64,000 bases of DNA from Botryllus schlosseri (Eukaryota): contig CM119371.1 of the NCBI GenBank assembly GCA_051294905.1, forward strand, positions 4,590,001 through 4,654,000, read 5' to 3'. The notes beneath the pieces are model-generated. The model saw nothing but the letters and a program-made list of their open reading frames with translations, was not told where the DNA came from and did not search any database. Below are positions 11,436 to 25,046 of the stretch, one piece after another. Position numbers and translations under genes: made by a program. The number at the start of each line of letters is the position of its first letter. The stretch's first letter is position 1.

Positions 11436-12523
11436 TAGGGTTACCATATTTTTGTGGAGCAAATTCCGGACACTCTATAGCGCCCACTAGTGGATTTTAA
11501 AATAAGGTATAACATATTGTCTGTCAATCTGACGTCACACTAGCAAAGCATTGCCCATCGACTGTATTCAGGAATGGAGTGGGATATAGAGCACTGGTGA
11601 TTGCTACTTGCTAGGGCCTGCAATAGATTCCTCCACGGGCCGGATGAAATCATCTGGCGGGCCGTGTCTGGCCTGTCAGGATTGTGTTTGACAGCCCTGC
11701 TATACTCTTAGGTCGGTGCGGCTATCTGTTTATGTGTTTTAATCAGGTCCGAAACAGCATTTTTTCTGTCCCCTTCCGCCTAAAAAAGCACTGATCTTTG
11801 GCCTACCGTCGATGTGACTTGTGGGGTACTTACTAAGATGCATTTGGCTGTTAAATTTTATGTATGAATTATGTCAATAATATCGAATTTTCTATAGATT
11901 AGGCTACTATAAAACGCACCAGCAGGTTTCACATCCGGTGATTTCCAACCTTTCATGGTCGCGACCTCATTTCTCACTTAAAAATGTTCCGTGGCAAATC
12001 TCAAAACTTCATAAGCTGATTACTAAAAAAATTCAGCTTGCCCAAACTTTTACTCACGGCATAGGAAACTGATTACGTCCAACATCATCGCGATCCCCAG
12101 ATAAAGGCGGACGACGCCAAGATTTGAAACCACTGTATGTGACTGAAGCATCCAATCGGCCTTAACCAACTCAAGGAATATACCGTTAGCTTATAATTGT
12201 GATTGCAATCTTTCTTATTCAGTAAATGATGGTTATTTATATTTATTTTGATTGCATTTTTTTGGGCAAGGGTGGTGCCTGGTGCCCATACTAAAATCAT
12301 TATACGTTGCATTAACTCGAGCGCGTGCGAAGAACAATTTTGAATATAGCATAAATCTGCTTGAAAATAATATCGTTTATGTTGATTTACGAAAAACTTT
12401 TGGTCCTGCTTCAAGCCTTCAAAATTCCGGACATCTAGGCATATTTTAGAAATTCCTCCCGGACGCCGATTTTTCAGTGAAATTCCGGACATGTCCGGGG
12501 AATTCCGGACGTATGGCAACCCT
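11436..12523. mobile_element. hAT-type element with TAGGGTT(A/G)CCATA termini, composite interior
   Basis: Left TAGGGTTACCATA, right TATGGCAACCCTA, TCCGGAC subterminal repeats; TSD not recognisable. Confidence 0.55.
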
Positions 12524-12537
12524 ACATTACTCCCGCT

Positions 12538-13844
12538 TTGACCCCTCAGTCAACGTGTCCGCCACCTTGTGCCATTGGAGAAAGGTTTGCTGCCGATGTC
12601 CTGAAGCGTGAAAAACAATGCATTCTCGTGGTGCGCGAAACAGTGTCTTCATTTACCAAATCTATTATCATTACAGACGAAAGAGCGGAGACTCTACGTA
12701 GCGCACTCGTAATCCTGTGTCTAGACCTGCGTCCACTGAACAGCCCGAACTCGGTCATCAGGACGGACGGAGCTACATCGTTTTCAGCGCTGAAGAACGA
12801 CTCGCTCCTCACTACCTACGGCATGGCTGTGGAAACGGGAAGGGTCATGAACGTTAATAAAAATCCCGTCGCCGAAAGAGCAGTTCAAGAACTCTCCAGC
12901 GAGATACTGAAGCTTCAGGGATCCGGCTATCATGGAGGCCAAGTGACTCATCTACAAATTCAAATCGCCACTTGTAACCTCAACAACCGTATCCGCGGAA
13001 ATGGCGTCTCGGCAAGGGAGATCCTGCTTCAGAGAGATCATGTTCACCAACTCCTCTCTCCCAATCGATGATGAAGAGCTGATAAAGAAACAACAAGGAA
13101 CGTAGGACCGCTAATCATCCGGCAAGTGAAGTTGCGAAGGCCCCGAAACGAGAAACGAGGAAATCGGTTCCAGTCGGCGTTGGCGATATCGTTTACCTAT
13201 ACAACGATAAGAAAAAGCACCGAAGCAGGGATCGATATTTGGTGTTGTCAACCGAAGGCGAGTGGTGTAACATATCTCGGTTTGGAGGCAAACGACTGTC
13301 GTATGGGACTTATCGCGTGCGTCAAAATGACTGTTGCTTGGTACCAAACGAAATTGGACCAATAGATCGAACTTTGAATTACTCTGATTCAGATTGCGAA
13401 TCTATCGAGCATGAGCCCGAGATTCTCGACAATGCGTCGATCTCCGACGAAGGGCCCTTGGAAGCATCGACTCCCGACGAACGGCAATATCCCGCAGATC
13501 CTGTCTCCGAACCAGACTCGCAACAACGTCTACCTGACCTCGCATCGGAGAGTCCACCAATACGACCTCGTCGGTCTCTGAGAGTCAGAAAACCGTCTGT
13601 CTGGCAGAAAGATTATGTCATAGACAAATGAAGGAGAAAACGTTGCGCCAATATTGTTTTGTGTTGTGTTTGAACGGAGCCGAATGTTGGCTCCTGTTAA
13701 TTGATTGTTCGCTGATTGCGACTGATTGGTGTCATCGCATAATTACTTTATATAACGGTTGCTCGCGGTGTTGGGTTCTCATCTTTTGCTGCAATAAACT
13801 TCTGTCGTAAGCCGACATCGTTCTTGGTGCCTATAGGGAATACA
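12538..13844 (+). mobile_element. Gypsy-like LTR retrotransposon 3' fragment (integrase, PPT, 3' LTR)
   Basis: Integrase D,D,E: FAADV, IRTDGATSF, NPVAERAVQEL; frameshift/stops after ~13040; purine tract GAAGGAGAAAA at 13630-13640; then a ~200-bp LTR-like segment with TATATAA and AATAAA ending TACA. Confidence 0.8.
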
Positions 13845-13879
13845 GGCTCTATAAGGAAAGGACGTAGTTTATTTTTGTC

Positions 13880-13997
13880 CTGGAAGCCATGGATACCAGT
13901 GTTACTAATCAGGTCTTTGGTCTGACCCGGCCGGGAGTCGAACCCACGACCTACCGATCAAGAAGCCGGACGCTTAACCATTACGCTATCTTGGCGG
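13880..13997 (-). mobile_element. tRNA-derived SINE head (family B)
   Basis: Minus strand has A-box TAGCGTAATGG and B-box GGTTCGACTCCC followed by CGGGTCAGACCAAAGAC. Confidence 0.7.
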
Positions 13998-14339
13998 AGA
14001 AGTTCGCCATGTTAGTGAAGGTTGAAAACCACTGATCTAATATCAGTTTGGCGATTTATTAAATCTATTATTCCACATCTTGCATGGTTATTAACATTAT
14101 CTTCGGTGTGGTCGCCGAGATAAAAAAAAAACTGCCGTCTGTTTGTTGTGACGGTGTGATTCGTTTACGGCTCATTGACCGCAATGTAGATGGGGGATTC
14201 CCCTCTGTGTGAGTGGATATTTGATTGCTCACTGCTCAGCAAAAGTATAGATTACAATACGCTATAGCAAAAGTATAATACAGATTACTGTTATTATGAA
14301 GAAAAAGCTTTATACTTTATGACATGCCATATTAAGAAC

Positions 14340-15350
14340 CAACGTACTTCCTTTATTCACATATGTCTCCCAGACGTCAAAAATGCCGGGAACATCAGAA
14401 GCAGGATAAAAGTCGAAATCACGAAATTCCTCTTCGGTATAGATCCCAAGATTGATTACACCAAAATCACCCTGCCCAAAGAGCAGGGAGGACTCGGGAC
14501 CATCGACATCATTACAATGGCTGACTTGGCGTATACAAAGCCGGCGGTCGAGTACTTGAAAAGGGCGAACAAACAACCGGAAAGCAACTTGGACAGAAGG
14601 CTCGAACACCAACTGGCAATCATTTTAACAAGGTACCGAAACCATGATATCAATAACGCCATACCACATACATCACAGCCGCTCAGTCACTGGAACGATA
14701 CCAAGGAACGACTGGAAAGCATGAAGTTCGCAAAGGACGACTCGAAACAAAAGCAAGAACAACGCTACAAACTCACACTGTCAAGAACATGCAACAGAGA
14801 GATTGGCGAAATGATCGGACCGAGCTGGGAAAATATCAACCACACATGCATCACTTACCATCAGAGGCAGTTCAACTGGGAAGTAGCGCACAGACTCCTC
14901 CGAACCAACGAAGGCTTAAAAACCCAGTGGGCAACAAAAACAAGAGACTGCGCCTTGTGCGAAACCGAGATAGAGATGCATGAGCCTATATTTGTGACAT
15001 GTAAGTCCACTAAAAATCTCCCAATATCACTTTAGATTCGTGGCAAGAGGTGACGCAAAGAAGACTGCCAAAAAGTGACTTCCAAGCAATACTCGGCATG
15101 AACATCGCAACCGCAATGACAATTGAGCAAAAAAAATACGCTAACAATATTGATCACTGTTTACAAACTGGCAGTCTGGCGAGCAAGGGACATAAATAAA
15201 TACGAGAAGCGACCGATTGACGCGGAATGGATAATAACATCACTACAACAAAGGCTCCGTATGCGACATAGAACAAACCCAGGTGATCTCACGGAAAGAA
15301 CGCTTACAAGGATACAAGATGAAATATCGAATGCATCAAGATCGATGTGA
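14340..15350 (+). mobile_element. 5'-truncated L1/Tx1-clade LINE, 3' part of ORF2
   Basis: LPKEQGGLG motif, HRLLRTN, C-terminal zinc knuckle CALC..EMHEPIFVTC, KLAVWRAR; stop at 15033-15035 and later frameshift. Confidence 0.8.
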
Positions 15351-15886
15351 GTCGTAGATGGTTTTTGCCTTACAGCACTGACTGGGAAGACTCACAATAA
15401 ACCTCCAAATGTCAAGCTATATACTTAATGACATAATCTTTTACCAGTGTCACAGACTAATATCATTTATCCCACGCGACTTCGTATTTCTCAATTTGCG
15501 AATTATCACAAAATTATCTCTCTACTAGAGTATACATCGAGAAGGCAGGATGTCACCGTCACCGCTTATGATAAGTTCCGCTATTATAATTCAATCAGTT
15601 TTACCTGAGGACCTCAAGTTGAGGTTCTGTAACGCAGACTTCTACAAATTACCGACCTGGTCAGCTGATGGTCAATTAAGTGCTAGTTCCAGTTCTAGCT
15701 GTCTAGTCTTCTAGTCCAGTCTTTGAACTACAGTACAAGTATGAATCAAGTTTGTTATGTATATTTTTTAGACAATAAAACAATTTTAGCCAGTAAAATT
15801 TAACCATGAAGTAAGTTATTTTTGAACAACCCTATTAGACCATATCAGTTTCAGTATCTGTTAATGCACGATATTTCATTTTGCAG

Positions 15887-16093
15887 GCTGAGTTGTGCTA
15901 GATTTCACAATAATGTAAGATAAAGTTTACCATCGCTACCGGTACTAAAAAGATCCCGAAAGTCGTGTGTGACGACTGTACTGGAAAACGATACACAAGA
16001 GGTACATTTCTTGGCAAAGAGGGATTTGCGAAATGCTTTGAAATCACGGAAGTCGTAACAAAAGAAGTGTTCGCTTGTATAATTGTGCCAAAG
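15887..16093 (+). pseudogene. PLK1: PLK1-like exon E1 copy 1 (Gly-rich loop)
   Basis: ttttgcag|...[47 protein letters not shown]|gtgagt vs PLK1 [19 protein letters not shown]...KEVFAGKIVPK; catalytic Lys changed to Ile. Confidence 0.9.
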
Positions 16094-16608
16094 GTGAGTC
16101 AAGTGCAGACGCAAGGAATCTATGTGCCCAATATATGTTGTATGCATCAATGCCTTCTTTTGTTAACTGTGTTGAAACCATGGATTTGATCGGAAGCTTA
16201 CATGTTGTCATTCACAAAGCCAGTCTAACACAACCAAACAAACCATCTCTTGAGCACTCTTGTGCCTGTCATGTCGTCAGATTCTACAATTCAGCTTCTA
16301 TTCCTACTTCAACACACAGTCCCCCTAGGGCCATGTATGCAACTGCTCATGTAGAATTACATTTTGATTAGTTTCAATGGTAACTCTCTTCATCTCAAGT
16401 CTAAGTTCAAGTGTAATAGTGTTCAAGTGGCTAAATAATTTTGTTGTTTCTGTCTCTTTTCCCAACAGGAACTACTCACTTATCAAAACTCGCAACTGCA
16501 ACTAGAACCACTCACTTTATGAAATGTGCAACTAAAACTATTCAAAATAACAGTAGTCAGTCAACCGTCAACTCATTAGATTAAAATTCGTTCAAGTCTA
16601 AATTTCAG

Positions 16609-16749
16609 GCACTTCACAAGAATAAGCACGAGGAAGAGAGAGAGATCGGTCGCCATAGCAGTTTGAATCACAAGCACGACATTGGATTTCAAGGATTTTT
16701 CCAAGAACAGGATTTCGTCTACATTGTTCTCGAGTTGTGCAAAAGACAG
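16609..16749 (+). pseudogene. PLK1: PLK1-like exon E2 copy
   Basis: tttcag|ALHKNKHEEEREIGRHSSLNHKHDIGFQGFFQEQDFVYIVLELCKRQ|gcaagc. Confidence 0.9.
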
Positions 16750-17754
16750 GCAAGCGTATTTCCTCATTACAACTGTAATGTATATCTAACTGTAGTGATC
16801 GCAATTACATCAGATTTGTAGCGTTTATTAGCTAGCCCACTTGGACAACTAGATAATACCAGTTGTCTAATTAGACTAATCATAACCAAATGCCGTTAAT
16901 CTAATAATATTCTAATTTGAGAAATACTTTTATGCTGTCATTTCAATTCTAGTATAATTTATGGTGTACCTGTACCTGTACAGGAAAACTGTATAGTGTG
17001 AAACTAGCCTACTTCGGTGTACAGACGCAAGTCATTCTGTTGTTCATGAGAATGGACTCTTATTTGGTATGAAGTGATTTTGATCTTTACCGCATTGTTT
17101 TACGAATTAAGTGATTCTGATCTAATTTCGATAACTTGTGTAGCTATAATTTTAATTCTAATCTAGTTTGAAAATTTTCTTTAATAGCCCGACTCTGATC
17201 ACTAGAACTGGCACAAATATTCGAGTACGGTACTCAAATCTGAATCTGTATTGATTCTAATAATTCGAGTCATGAGAGATGGTTTTTTAGAATACTGTGC
17301 TTGTACGCTCCTGGCCACAAGAGGAAAAGATGATTAACAATAAACTGAACTGAACGAAGAGTAAATTTACCAATTAAATAATTACACTTTCAATAGTATT
17401 TCTCATCGTGGATATCTGTAAACCTCAATTGGTCGTGTCACAGCATACTAAACATGTGTAGTAAGGTACTCGCGTGAGTGGAAATGACATAGGCTTATCT
17501 GTGAAATCGTTAGGCTACCGTATCAACCAGCAACATTGCACAAAGTACAAAAAGATGGTGTTATCGTATATTCTTTGTGATTGCATGAAATGTGCATATT
17601 TGAACTTCACACAGCATTCATGCATATTTATATGTCGTCATAGTGACTATCATCGAATACTTGATTCGGAATTGAACACTCAGGCAGACCTAGTCGACTT
17701 TGCCCAAACCTAGTCAGCAAATTACGAATCACATATTTTGAAAGCTCATTCTTT

Positions 17755-17840
17755 CACAGTCTACGTTTCTCAGAACCTTCCAAAAACCGGATCAACAATA
17801 TCGCTCAGAATTTTGGAAAGTAAACTACAGAGTTTCAACA
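17755..17840 (+). pseudogene. PLK1: PLK1-like exon E6 3' remnant
   Basis: FTVYVSQNLPKTGSTISLRILESKLQSFN|gtaagt aligns to the E6 copies at 28668 and 31143; downstream intron is homologous. Confidence 0.65.
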
Positions 17841-18421
17841 GTAAGTTTTCTGTAGGTCTTGGCAAATGGAGTTCCTGATTGATTTGATTCTGAATCGAGT
17901 GTTACGTTTCGAATCTCGTACTCGAGTCTCATTCATCATAATTAGAGCCTGACCGATATCGTATTTTCGAGCCAATACCGATAAGTGGCACCTTCACCGA
18001 TAGCCACGATATATGCAGCCAATATTGAAACAATATGGCAACTAGTTTAAGACATATTTCCAAACCTTCAGAGCATTTATTTGAACAACTTTGCGGACGT
18101 TGCTATTCCTGGATATGAAATGAACGCGAAAGGATGCATCTCACTCAACGCATCCAAGCAGAGTCACTCAGTAGCAATAGTAGCCTACCTCTACTTTTAC
18201 AGAATATTCAAGAAGGTTTTGACCCGCATTTTCACCATTATTAGTAGTGCTTACTCTGAGACGGCTGGAAGAACAGCACACAACGAAAAACCGGTATCAT
18301 GATTCACGACAAACTAAGACCCGTGTTTTCTAGTTGATCGGCAACTAAAATATTTGTACATACACAACTAGAACAACGCACTTTTTAAAATCTGCAACTA
18401 AAGCCAGTATATGAATTTCAG

Positions 18422-18570
18422 GCATTGCTTCTGAAGTAGCATGAGAAAGACAAATGTGTGAAGAGATCAGTCTCCAACGAAGTTTGAATCACAAGCACAT
18501 CGTTGGAGTTCACGGATTCTTCCAAGACTGGGATTTTGTCGACGTCTTTCTCAAGTAGTGCAAAAGAATG
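18422..18570 (+). pseudogene. PLK1: PLK1-like exon E2 copy
   Basis: ALLLK*HEKDK../[36 protein letters not shown]|gt; stops and a frameshift. Confidence 0.9.
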
Positions 18571-19629
18571 GTAAAAGCATTTTTTCGTTACAATGTAATA
18601 TACCTCTAGCTGTGCCAATCGAAAATGCATTAGATCTGTCATGTTCATTACTAGCAGTCTTATGCAACCATGAAATTATTGTTCTATATCGTACTAGGCT
18701 AAATAAGGCGAAGTACTTGTAATGTAATTCTAATCTAATTAATCAACTAATTCTACACATATAGTGTGAAACGAGTCAGATTGGTGAACAGTTCTCATGC
18801 TTATGATAATCAACTCCGATTATGAAGGGAAATTGATTTCTTTTCCCAACTAGGTAATTGTAATTCTAATCTAATTTGGAAAAATGTGTTTATTATATTT
18901 CAAATTCTAATCTAGTTTGGATAATGGATTTGACATTTTTCTGGTTGCACCATTGTGATTTCTAGGGCTGAGCACAATGATTTGAGGACTCAAATCTGAA
19001 TCGAGTATCAATTCTGATAATTTGAGTCGAGTAGTCGGAAATGATTGTTTCGAGTGCCGATAATATACGCTCCATGCCACGAAAGGGAAAAATTATATTA
19101 ACAATAAGCTGAACTAAACCAATAGGAATTATATTTTGGATCATATTTCTCACTGTGAAAAGCTGTAAACCTTGATTGGTCGTATAGCAGCATACAAAAC
19201 ATATGGTACAAAGCTACTCGCGTACGTTGGAATGGCATTCCCGAGTAGTCGTGATCAACCTAAAGCATTGTCACAAAGTGTGATGGAATAGGTATGGTCA
19301 TAAAAGTGCCAAATAATCTTTATAATGTGACTAGAATCGGCATTATATTCTTTGTGGTGTTGCTTACACGAGTGACTGAAACTCATTACTCGATTCAGAA
19401 TCAAATCAGTCACACGCTCTGTTTTAGCCAGCCTGATTTATTACATGTTCGATTTCAAAGAGCAAATATTAAATAAGGTTTATAGTTTGGAAGGTTCATC
19501 GGTCTGCAAAAACAAATTTGACGGTCCCTCAAACTCGGAAAGGTTGAGAACCACTGATTTAGGTGTGTCCAACAAATTATACTTTTTTCTCATTCCAGCA
19601 AACCAATTACCATTGATTTTTGTTGTCAG

Positions 19630-19755
19630 TCGCTGATGGAAGTTTTCAAAAGAAAACGTTCCATCACAGAACCAGAGACCCGTTATCGCACGCAACGGAT
19701 TCTGCTTGGAGTTGTTTATCGTCACAATTGTAAAATCATTCACAGAGATATCAAG
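19630..19755 (+). pseudogene. PLK1: PLK1-like exon E3 copy (HRD exon)
   Basis: cag|[42 protein letters not shown]|gtaac, 126 nt. Confidence 0.9.
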
Positions 19756-20422
19756 GTAACATTGTAAGCAGTAGTGCATTTGTAAATAATCTTCGAAAAT
19801 TATGTCATGAACCAGAGCCGACCGATCATTGGTTTGTCAATTTGTGGATAAAACTATGCACATTATGTACCACTAAGGTAAAATGATTGATGGCGCTACA
19901 AGCTCTTGAAAGCGGACTTGGAGCAACTACTGGATTTTCAACATGCGCAACAAGAATTAGACCTGCTCACTTTTCCAAATTCCCTACATAACCAACGAAC
20001 ATTGAAAATCCGCTACTAACAAAGTTATACGCAACTCACTAATGGCTGTTTGGTTACTAAATTACAAATGCGCTGAGAAATATCGAAGATAGAATTGCTA
20101 TCTCAAATTGACGGGGTTTCGAGTTTGAAATGGGATTGGTTTCGACCCTCAATCCTCAGCCCTGCCTATACCACTGTTTAGCGTGATCACTCTGAGCCTG
20201 GGTTGTAATGACTCAAGTCATGACTTGACTCGATTCAAACTCAAGTCGCGATTATTTTATGACTCGGCTTGTCTCGTGTCATTTCTTCAAATGAGTAAAA
20301 TGACTGGACTCTAGTCATGTGACTCGAGACTAGGACTGTCACTGTAGCTTCGAAGAATAGTAAGTCAACACATGATTGGTATTTCGTATATCAGTCCTGG
20401 TGCTTGAAAATAGGGCCAGTAC

Positions 20423-23400
20423 AGTGGCGTAGACAGGGGGGGATAATCGGTGTCCGATACCCCCCGTTTCCAAGCTCGAAATACCCCCCGTCTTACGTAT
20501 ATTTCCATTGATCTAATATTTCTTGTTCTAATTCGATAATCCCCTAATAGACACTTACGTGACCTTTGACACGAACCAATCAGGTTGCAGCAGGATGTAA
20601 ACAAAGAACAAGGCCGGGCAAGCTTACTATGAGCTCTTATGGAAAAAGGTTGAAAAATGAAGGTTTTAAGCAAAATTACGTTGAATTGGGGATGACTGGC
20701 CTTAATGAATACTAATAGCGTAGAGCTAGTATGTAGTTGCAGCTTTCAGTCTAGGATGAACATGAATGGTGGCAAGTACGCATCAGCGTGCTGTGTCCAA
20801 ATGCATGGATTTTTGACAACTTTTCGGATTAAGCGACGATTGTTGTATACTATACTATAGGATTGTGGTAATGCATATGTTGACGATTTCATAGGCTCCA
20901 GGTCTGGAGCAAAATTTTCAAGCATATCTCATGTTCAGAAATATATGCTATAAAATACAGCTTCTGCCACACATCACAATTTTAGTGTATTGATTATGAA
21001 ACTTGAAAGCTATGGAGATTCTATCGAATTTCTGGATTTGAGTGGAACAGCATCTTCTAACACCGCGGAGAAAGCTACGAAGTATTTCATGGAGCGCTAT
21101 GCACACGACTTAGGGACAAAGATTGAGGAGACAAGTCACTCTTTGTTGAAGGGTTATTCTAGTGAACAGCCAATGTTATCGCAACTTGCGGAAAAGAGAG
21201 ATATCACACTCAATGGAAATACACATTCTCATAAAATCCATTATTGATTCGTCTTGCACTTGTAAGACAGGGTAAGTAAGGAAAAAGACATTTTGTCAGA
21301 GACTCCTGCAATAGATATTGTAACCATGATTTATTTTCACATTAGGTTCTGATATATGCTCTCATGCATATGCATTGATTAAGACAATCCAGCACCTAAA
21401 GCTACAAGGACTGCATTGTGATTTGCATCGGCATCAGTGAGCTCGATCGTGATTGACAAACCATCTCTCGACCGTACTCGCAACCGATCAACTCCTGCCT
21501 CAAGGTAGATTTTGGTGCGTATCTGGTGTCTTCAGTTTTATAACATTCCACCAAACACAAATAATCCTGGAACATTTTCACCTGGAGAATTGTTCATTCA
21601 ACAAATTGGGCATCTAAATGAGCTTCAATGCGCACCACTGGATTATAGTATGAATAGACATGCACTGTTGGTACACATAGACCATGGCACCGCACAATTA
21701 CGATCCATAGCATGCTATTAGGCATTACGATATTCACAATGGAACTGAATTTTCACAATTGCTGAATATGTTGTATCATTCATTTTTAATTTTCAATCTT
21801 GAATTAGAGTAAGCAATTAGTCCATATTTGGTTAGTTGATACACAATGCTGCATAGTACGACACCAGACAAAATTTTATACTTGTTGATTCTTCCGATCA
21901 GCTGTTCAATATGAATACGCTGTCCCACCATCTTTCTTGTTGTGGAACAGTCTGGCTCAGGCATACAAATCATGTGCAGGAATATTTAAATCTAGATTCA
22001 ATTTCTTGATTTCAGACTCAATGGTGAATCCTTTTTCTGCCATGATAGCATTTCCTGGTTCACCATAGCTGAACTCCATCATTTTCTCACATTTCTTGTC
22101 GAACCCACATATTTCACTAATATTTCGATCTGAAATGGTCCCTGTGAACAGTTCCTACACAAAAGTAAGTGCACAACAATCCATCAATCCTTTCAAAGTT
22201 GTATGTAATCTATTGACAGTCAGTAATCATTCTAGTTTTGAGAAATCATGAATGAATGCAAATGGTGCATTTTTAAGAACCACATATCTACATGGCCAAA
22301 TCGAAATTTAATGAAGCAGTTACATACGGTTTAATACTATGCTTACAGCAATACTATAAATTTGATGTCAGTAGGATAAGTCGGACAATTCAGAAATAAT
22401 TTATTGTAGTCTAGCATGAAATTTCAGCTTCTCCGCATCTTTTGACATTATGATGCTCCTCTGAGAACTGAACTTCACTAGCAATAATTGTCCGTCAATT
22501 TGTAATTTTCCTGGACTAGTTTCCTGTTTTGTGCTTCTACTTCTTCCAGAAATTTGATTTTCTTGCGTTTTATCCATCAACTTCCTCTTTCTGCAGCTTC
22601 ATTAAAGATATCCATCAAGCCTGCACAAAATATATAATATGTTTATTTTACAGAGCAACACTGCTGTGCAGGCACCTATCAAGGCGTACTCGTCAGACTC
22701 ATGCAACGTATCACCGCTACCAATTTCAACTATTCATCTCATTATTGAATATATTGCTCTCAACAATTTCAACCCACACCATCATGCAGCAAAACTGTGG
22801 AATAAAACGAGACACACACCAAGTCGATTGTGGCGTCAAGTGTGACTGCATTTCAGATTAGACTCATTCTGAAATACAGAATTATTTCATCTTAATTATG
22901 TCACGATTCAATATTTTTGGTACAATAATAGATATGTCATTTTATTAATAAAATGAGAATTCAGATGACTACAAGGAAGTCCACATGCCTTTATCCAGAT
23001 TTTACATTCTTCCATGCATGTTATTGGCTCTGGGAAAGGTACAAGCGCACACCAGGAACGGTCTGAGTAGTCATCTCCAAGTTACACAGGCTATTAGCAC
23101 AGTGTTTATCCGGCATTTGTCCTGATTGATTCAATACACGAGCTAGAACAAAAAAATGACAATTTCAGCTGGGAACGGATCATATTGCCTATCATATTAA
23201 TATGATCATTAAATATGCAGACAAGTGTCCAGTGTAACAGTAATTTTCTATATAATGATGCAGACTGTAGACTGTACTATATACGATTCCATAAATAGAA
23301 CGCAGATAACGCAAAGCCCACATAATGAATACCCCACATATCCTCACTCAAGATTAATCTAATACATGCTATTCGGTACGACAGTCCTATAGTATACGAC

Positions 23401-25046
23401 TAAGGATAATACAGCAATAGTTGCTTCATCCGAAAAGTTGTCAGAAATCCATTTATTTGGACATACCATGCTGACGAGTGCTTGCCACCATTCATGTTTA
23501 TTGTAGGTTAGAACACTGCAAATACATACTAGCTCTACGTTATTACCATTCACCAAAGTCAGCTATTCCCAATTCAATGTAATTTTGCTAAAAACCTTCA
23601 TTTTTCAACCCTTTTCCATAAGCGCTCATAGTAAGCATGCCCGGCCTCGTTCTTTGTTTACATCCTGCTGCAACCTGATTGGATCGTGTCAAAGGTCACG
23701 TAAGTGTCTATTGCCGCGCGGCATCATCACGCCATCGATCAATGCATTGCGGTGATGCCTTTTTCTCATATTGTTCTCTCGTCTACGGAAGCCCGAAAAA
23801 CGCATCTCACATGGCTCTCCCGTCTCATCTGAACGATATTATCCAGTTACAGAACCAGAAGTCACAGTAACAATAACACTCGCATTGAAATTTCGATACC
23901 GCGCGAGTTGGTTTTCGTGTTTGACAGTCTATTGTCAACAAACGTTTAGAACATGCGCGCTAGGCTTGAATCATTAGAGATAGCAGATCCCTACAGTACC
24001 AAAACAGATCGTACTAATCAAATGTTCTGTATGGAATCTATTATGTATTGATCCAATTTGCGATCATTTAGTTCGGTTGTTGTGTGTGGGTTTCCAGATC
24101 TCCAGCCGTTTCGTGTCTCAGGCCTCTGGCACATCTGCTGACTGTCCTATCATAACGCGCTTGGCTAGTAGTAAAACATTGGAGGCTAGGAAAATTAGGC
24201 CGCTCTGTGACTCGCGGCGCGTGATAGTGCTACTCGATGTGCTATTGTAATAACCAGAAGTTATAGTCTTGGCCTCGACAATTCGCAATTGTCACTTCTA
24301 CACCGCAAACGCGTTTAGGAATGCATTTTGATCGCGAGCCTAAGCCTGCGCCAGGCCACTGTTATTCACGTGATGCAAGCACAAGCTCGAGCGGTAATTA
24401 GTCTTTACCATCTCCACACACCATCTTGGCAGACAGTCAAAATCATATTGATTTAAAACAAAATGAATCCAGATTGTTTGTATCAAACGGCAACAGACTA
24501 TAATTCATTTGCGTATCTTCACTGTTCGAGTGTTCGTCTTTGAGCGCAAAATGGAGAGATCTTCCACTGTGTTGTAATATGATCTGCGCGCACTTTCGTG
24601 ATTACATCCTCGCTTTGGTAATTAAGGTCAAGATACCTCGCTGTCATCGAAATTTGTTTGCTACTTCCATCTGATCTGATACATTGTGATTTGCGAGGTG
24701 ATCGTCGATCACCTGCTGCGTTGAGTCATGATTCGAGCGCGCTTTGTATTAAAATCCGCGCGCATGAAACTCGCTGTCGGCAAATAGTGGCGCGCAAGGG
24801 AAAAGCGCCTTCTGTTTGTTACTGTAGCATGCGACTGCGCATAATAGAGCTATATTTTAAGATAATTGGCAAATGTTCATGTGTATAAAGACGTAAACAC
24901 AAACTAGATTATCTTACCCTTGTTGTATCGGCATTTGTGTGTACTAAACCGCAATAAAGTGGTTAGCATAACGAATATCGTCTTTTCAAAAAATATCCCC
25001 CGTTTTAATAAATATCCCCCGTTTTTTTTCGGCTGGCTACGCCCCT
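20423..25046. mobile_element. Nested hAT-type element (AGTGGCGTAG...CTACGCCCCT)
   Basis: Inverted termini; right flank CCAGAAAC, degenerate left flank CCAGTAC; empty site AGGGCCAGAAACTGTTA visible in the related MITE at ~48941. Confidence 0.75.
20549..23709 (-). mobile_element. ISL2EU/PIF-Harbinger-type DNA transposon, decayed
   Basis: ~200-bp TIRs starting AGACACTTACGTGACCTTTGACACG, AT on both flanks; - strand THAP domain from ATG at 23116 (MPDKHCANSLCN..PFPEP..CKIWIKACG) and DDE_Tnp_4 motifs at ~22205-21800 (HTTLKGL, ELFTGTISDR, AIMAEKGFTI, LNIP, RIHIEQLIGRINKYKIL); convergent + strand ORF relic near 20990. Confidence 0.9.

Noticed and set aside
10890..11699. hAT MITE apparently capturing PLK1 exon E6
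   Set aside because: Flanks GTTTATAT and CTATACTC are not a TSD, and the right end lies inside another element; more likely two separate fragments
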